Both the position numbers and the translations under genes were made by a program. From positions 73,966,001-74,030,000 of the forward strand of contig NC_042999.1 in assembly GCF_006345805.1 (NCBI RefSeq): DNA of 64,000 nucleotides. Reading direction: 5' to 3'. Position 1 is the stretch's first letter; each line of letters starts with the position of its first letter. The DNA is from Octopus sinensis. Its lineage: Eukaryota. This document shows, one piece after another, positions 63,121 to 64,000 of the stretch. Below the pieces are notes generated by a model. The model was not told the origin of the DNA. It searched no databases and saw only the letters and a list, made by a program, of their open reading frames with translations.

Positions 63121-64000
63121 CAAATTATTACTTATATAAAGAGATAGCCTCTCTGTCTGTTTTTCTGTCTTTTGATTAAGATGATAAAGATTAATATTTT
63201 ATTTTAAATAAAATAGTAATTTTTACCTTTAAGAAAAACAAAAAAAAAACCCCTCAAGTACCTGTGATTCAAAAATATCTCGTAAAAATATTGGGAGACA
63301 CTCCAAAAGTTGTATAAATGATTAAGGGGAGAAAAAAGAGAGGAAAAAGGATGACGACAACTTTTTGAAATGTTGGCATTTTCAATTTGGTTTGTTTTTC
63401 TTAAAGAGGGAAATAACTATTTTATTTGTAATCATTATCATCTTAATCAAAGGGCAGGAAAACAGACAAACCTTGAGTTTTAGAATAATATAGATTACAG
63501 CTGATCTTACCAATCAGTTTCCTGCTAGGAATTCAATGGAGTGTTAGGTAACAATCCAATTATATAATCCTGCACTCATCAGAGGTAACCATATTTCATT
63601 CCATATCTGCTACCTCTGATGAGCGTAAGGTTATATAAACAGATTGTTACTTATACTCCATGGGATATATGTGTGTGTATGTGTGTGCGTGCACACACAC
63701 ACACACACAGATATAGAGAGAGGTACATGCATATGCTAGAAGTAATGAATGAAGAAAAGAGTATAAAGATACAGAAGATAGAGTATAAACAGTTTATTGA
63801 TTTCAAGCATGAAATAATTTGTCAGGTGAAACCAAAAGCTCTATTTAGTTGTGATTCTGGCTGAGCTAATAAATTATATATATAAATATTTATAGGTATA
63901 TTGGAGAATTAAGATAACACCAGCATAAATATTTAGCTCCTACATATGTTTCCCTGTTGTAGTTACTTGGGACACCAAGTGTTAAAGAACACTGTATGCC

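Overview
This is AT-rich, repeat-dense eukaryotic genomic DNA. Its SINE and microsatellite families look cephalopod (Octopus-like); that assignment is an inference from repeat families I recognise. There is no prokaryotic gene architecture, and almost all ORF-track entries are microsatellite or TE artefacts. One host gene can be reconstructed by hand on the minus strand: a universal stress protein (USP) gene with three coding exons (60632-60712, 34186-34268, 24841-25053). The exons have GT-AG boundaries and compatible phases; the first exon is not found and probably lies beyond 64000. One further orphan exon candidate lies at 5681-5784. The rest is nested TEs: mariner/Tc1, piggyBac/hAT/pogo MITEs, Helitron/HINE, Gypsy LTR pieces, RTE, CR1, L2-like, L1/Tx1, CRE and R4/Dong LINEs, Penelope-like elements (PLEs) and tRNA-derived SINEs. 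Most notable are four type I hammerhead-ribozyme motifs. Two carry the compensatory U3:A8 core variant, and one sits in a 356-bp, ~1.3-mer retrozyme-like unit. Also notable are a same-strand cluster of R4/Dong LINEs in (TAA)n tracts, a PLE family abutting (TA)n, an LTR element with an exact tRNA-Leu PBS and a ~370-codon orphan ORF, and RTE LINEs with a PHD finger and hairpin-rich higher-order repeats in the 3' UTR.
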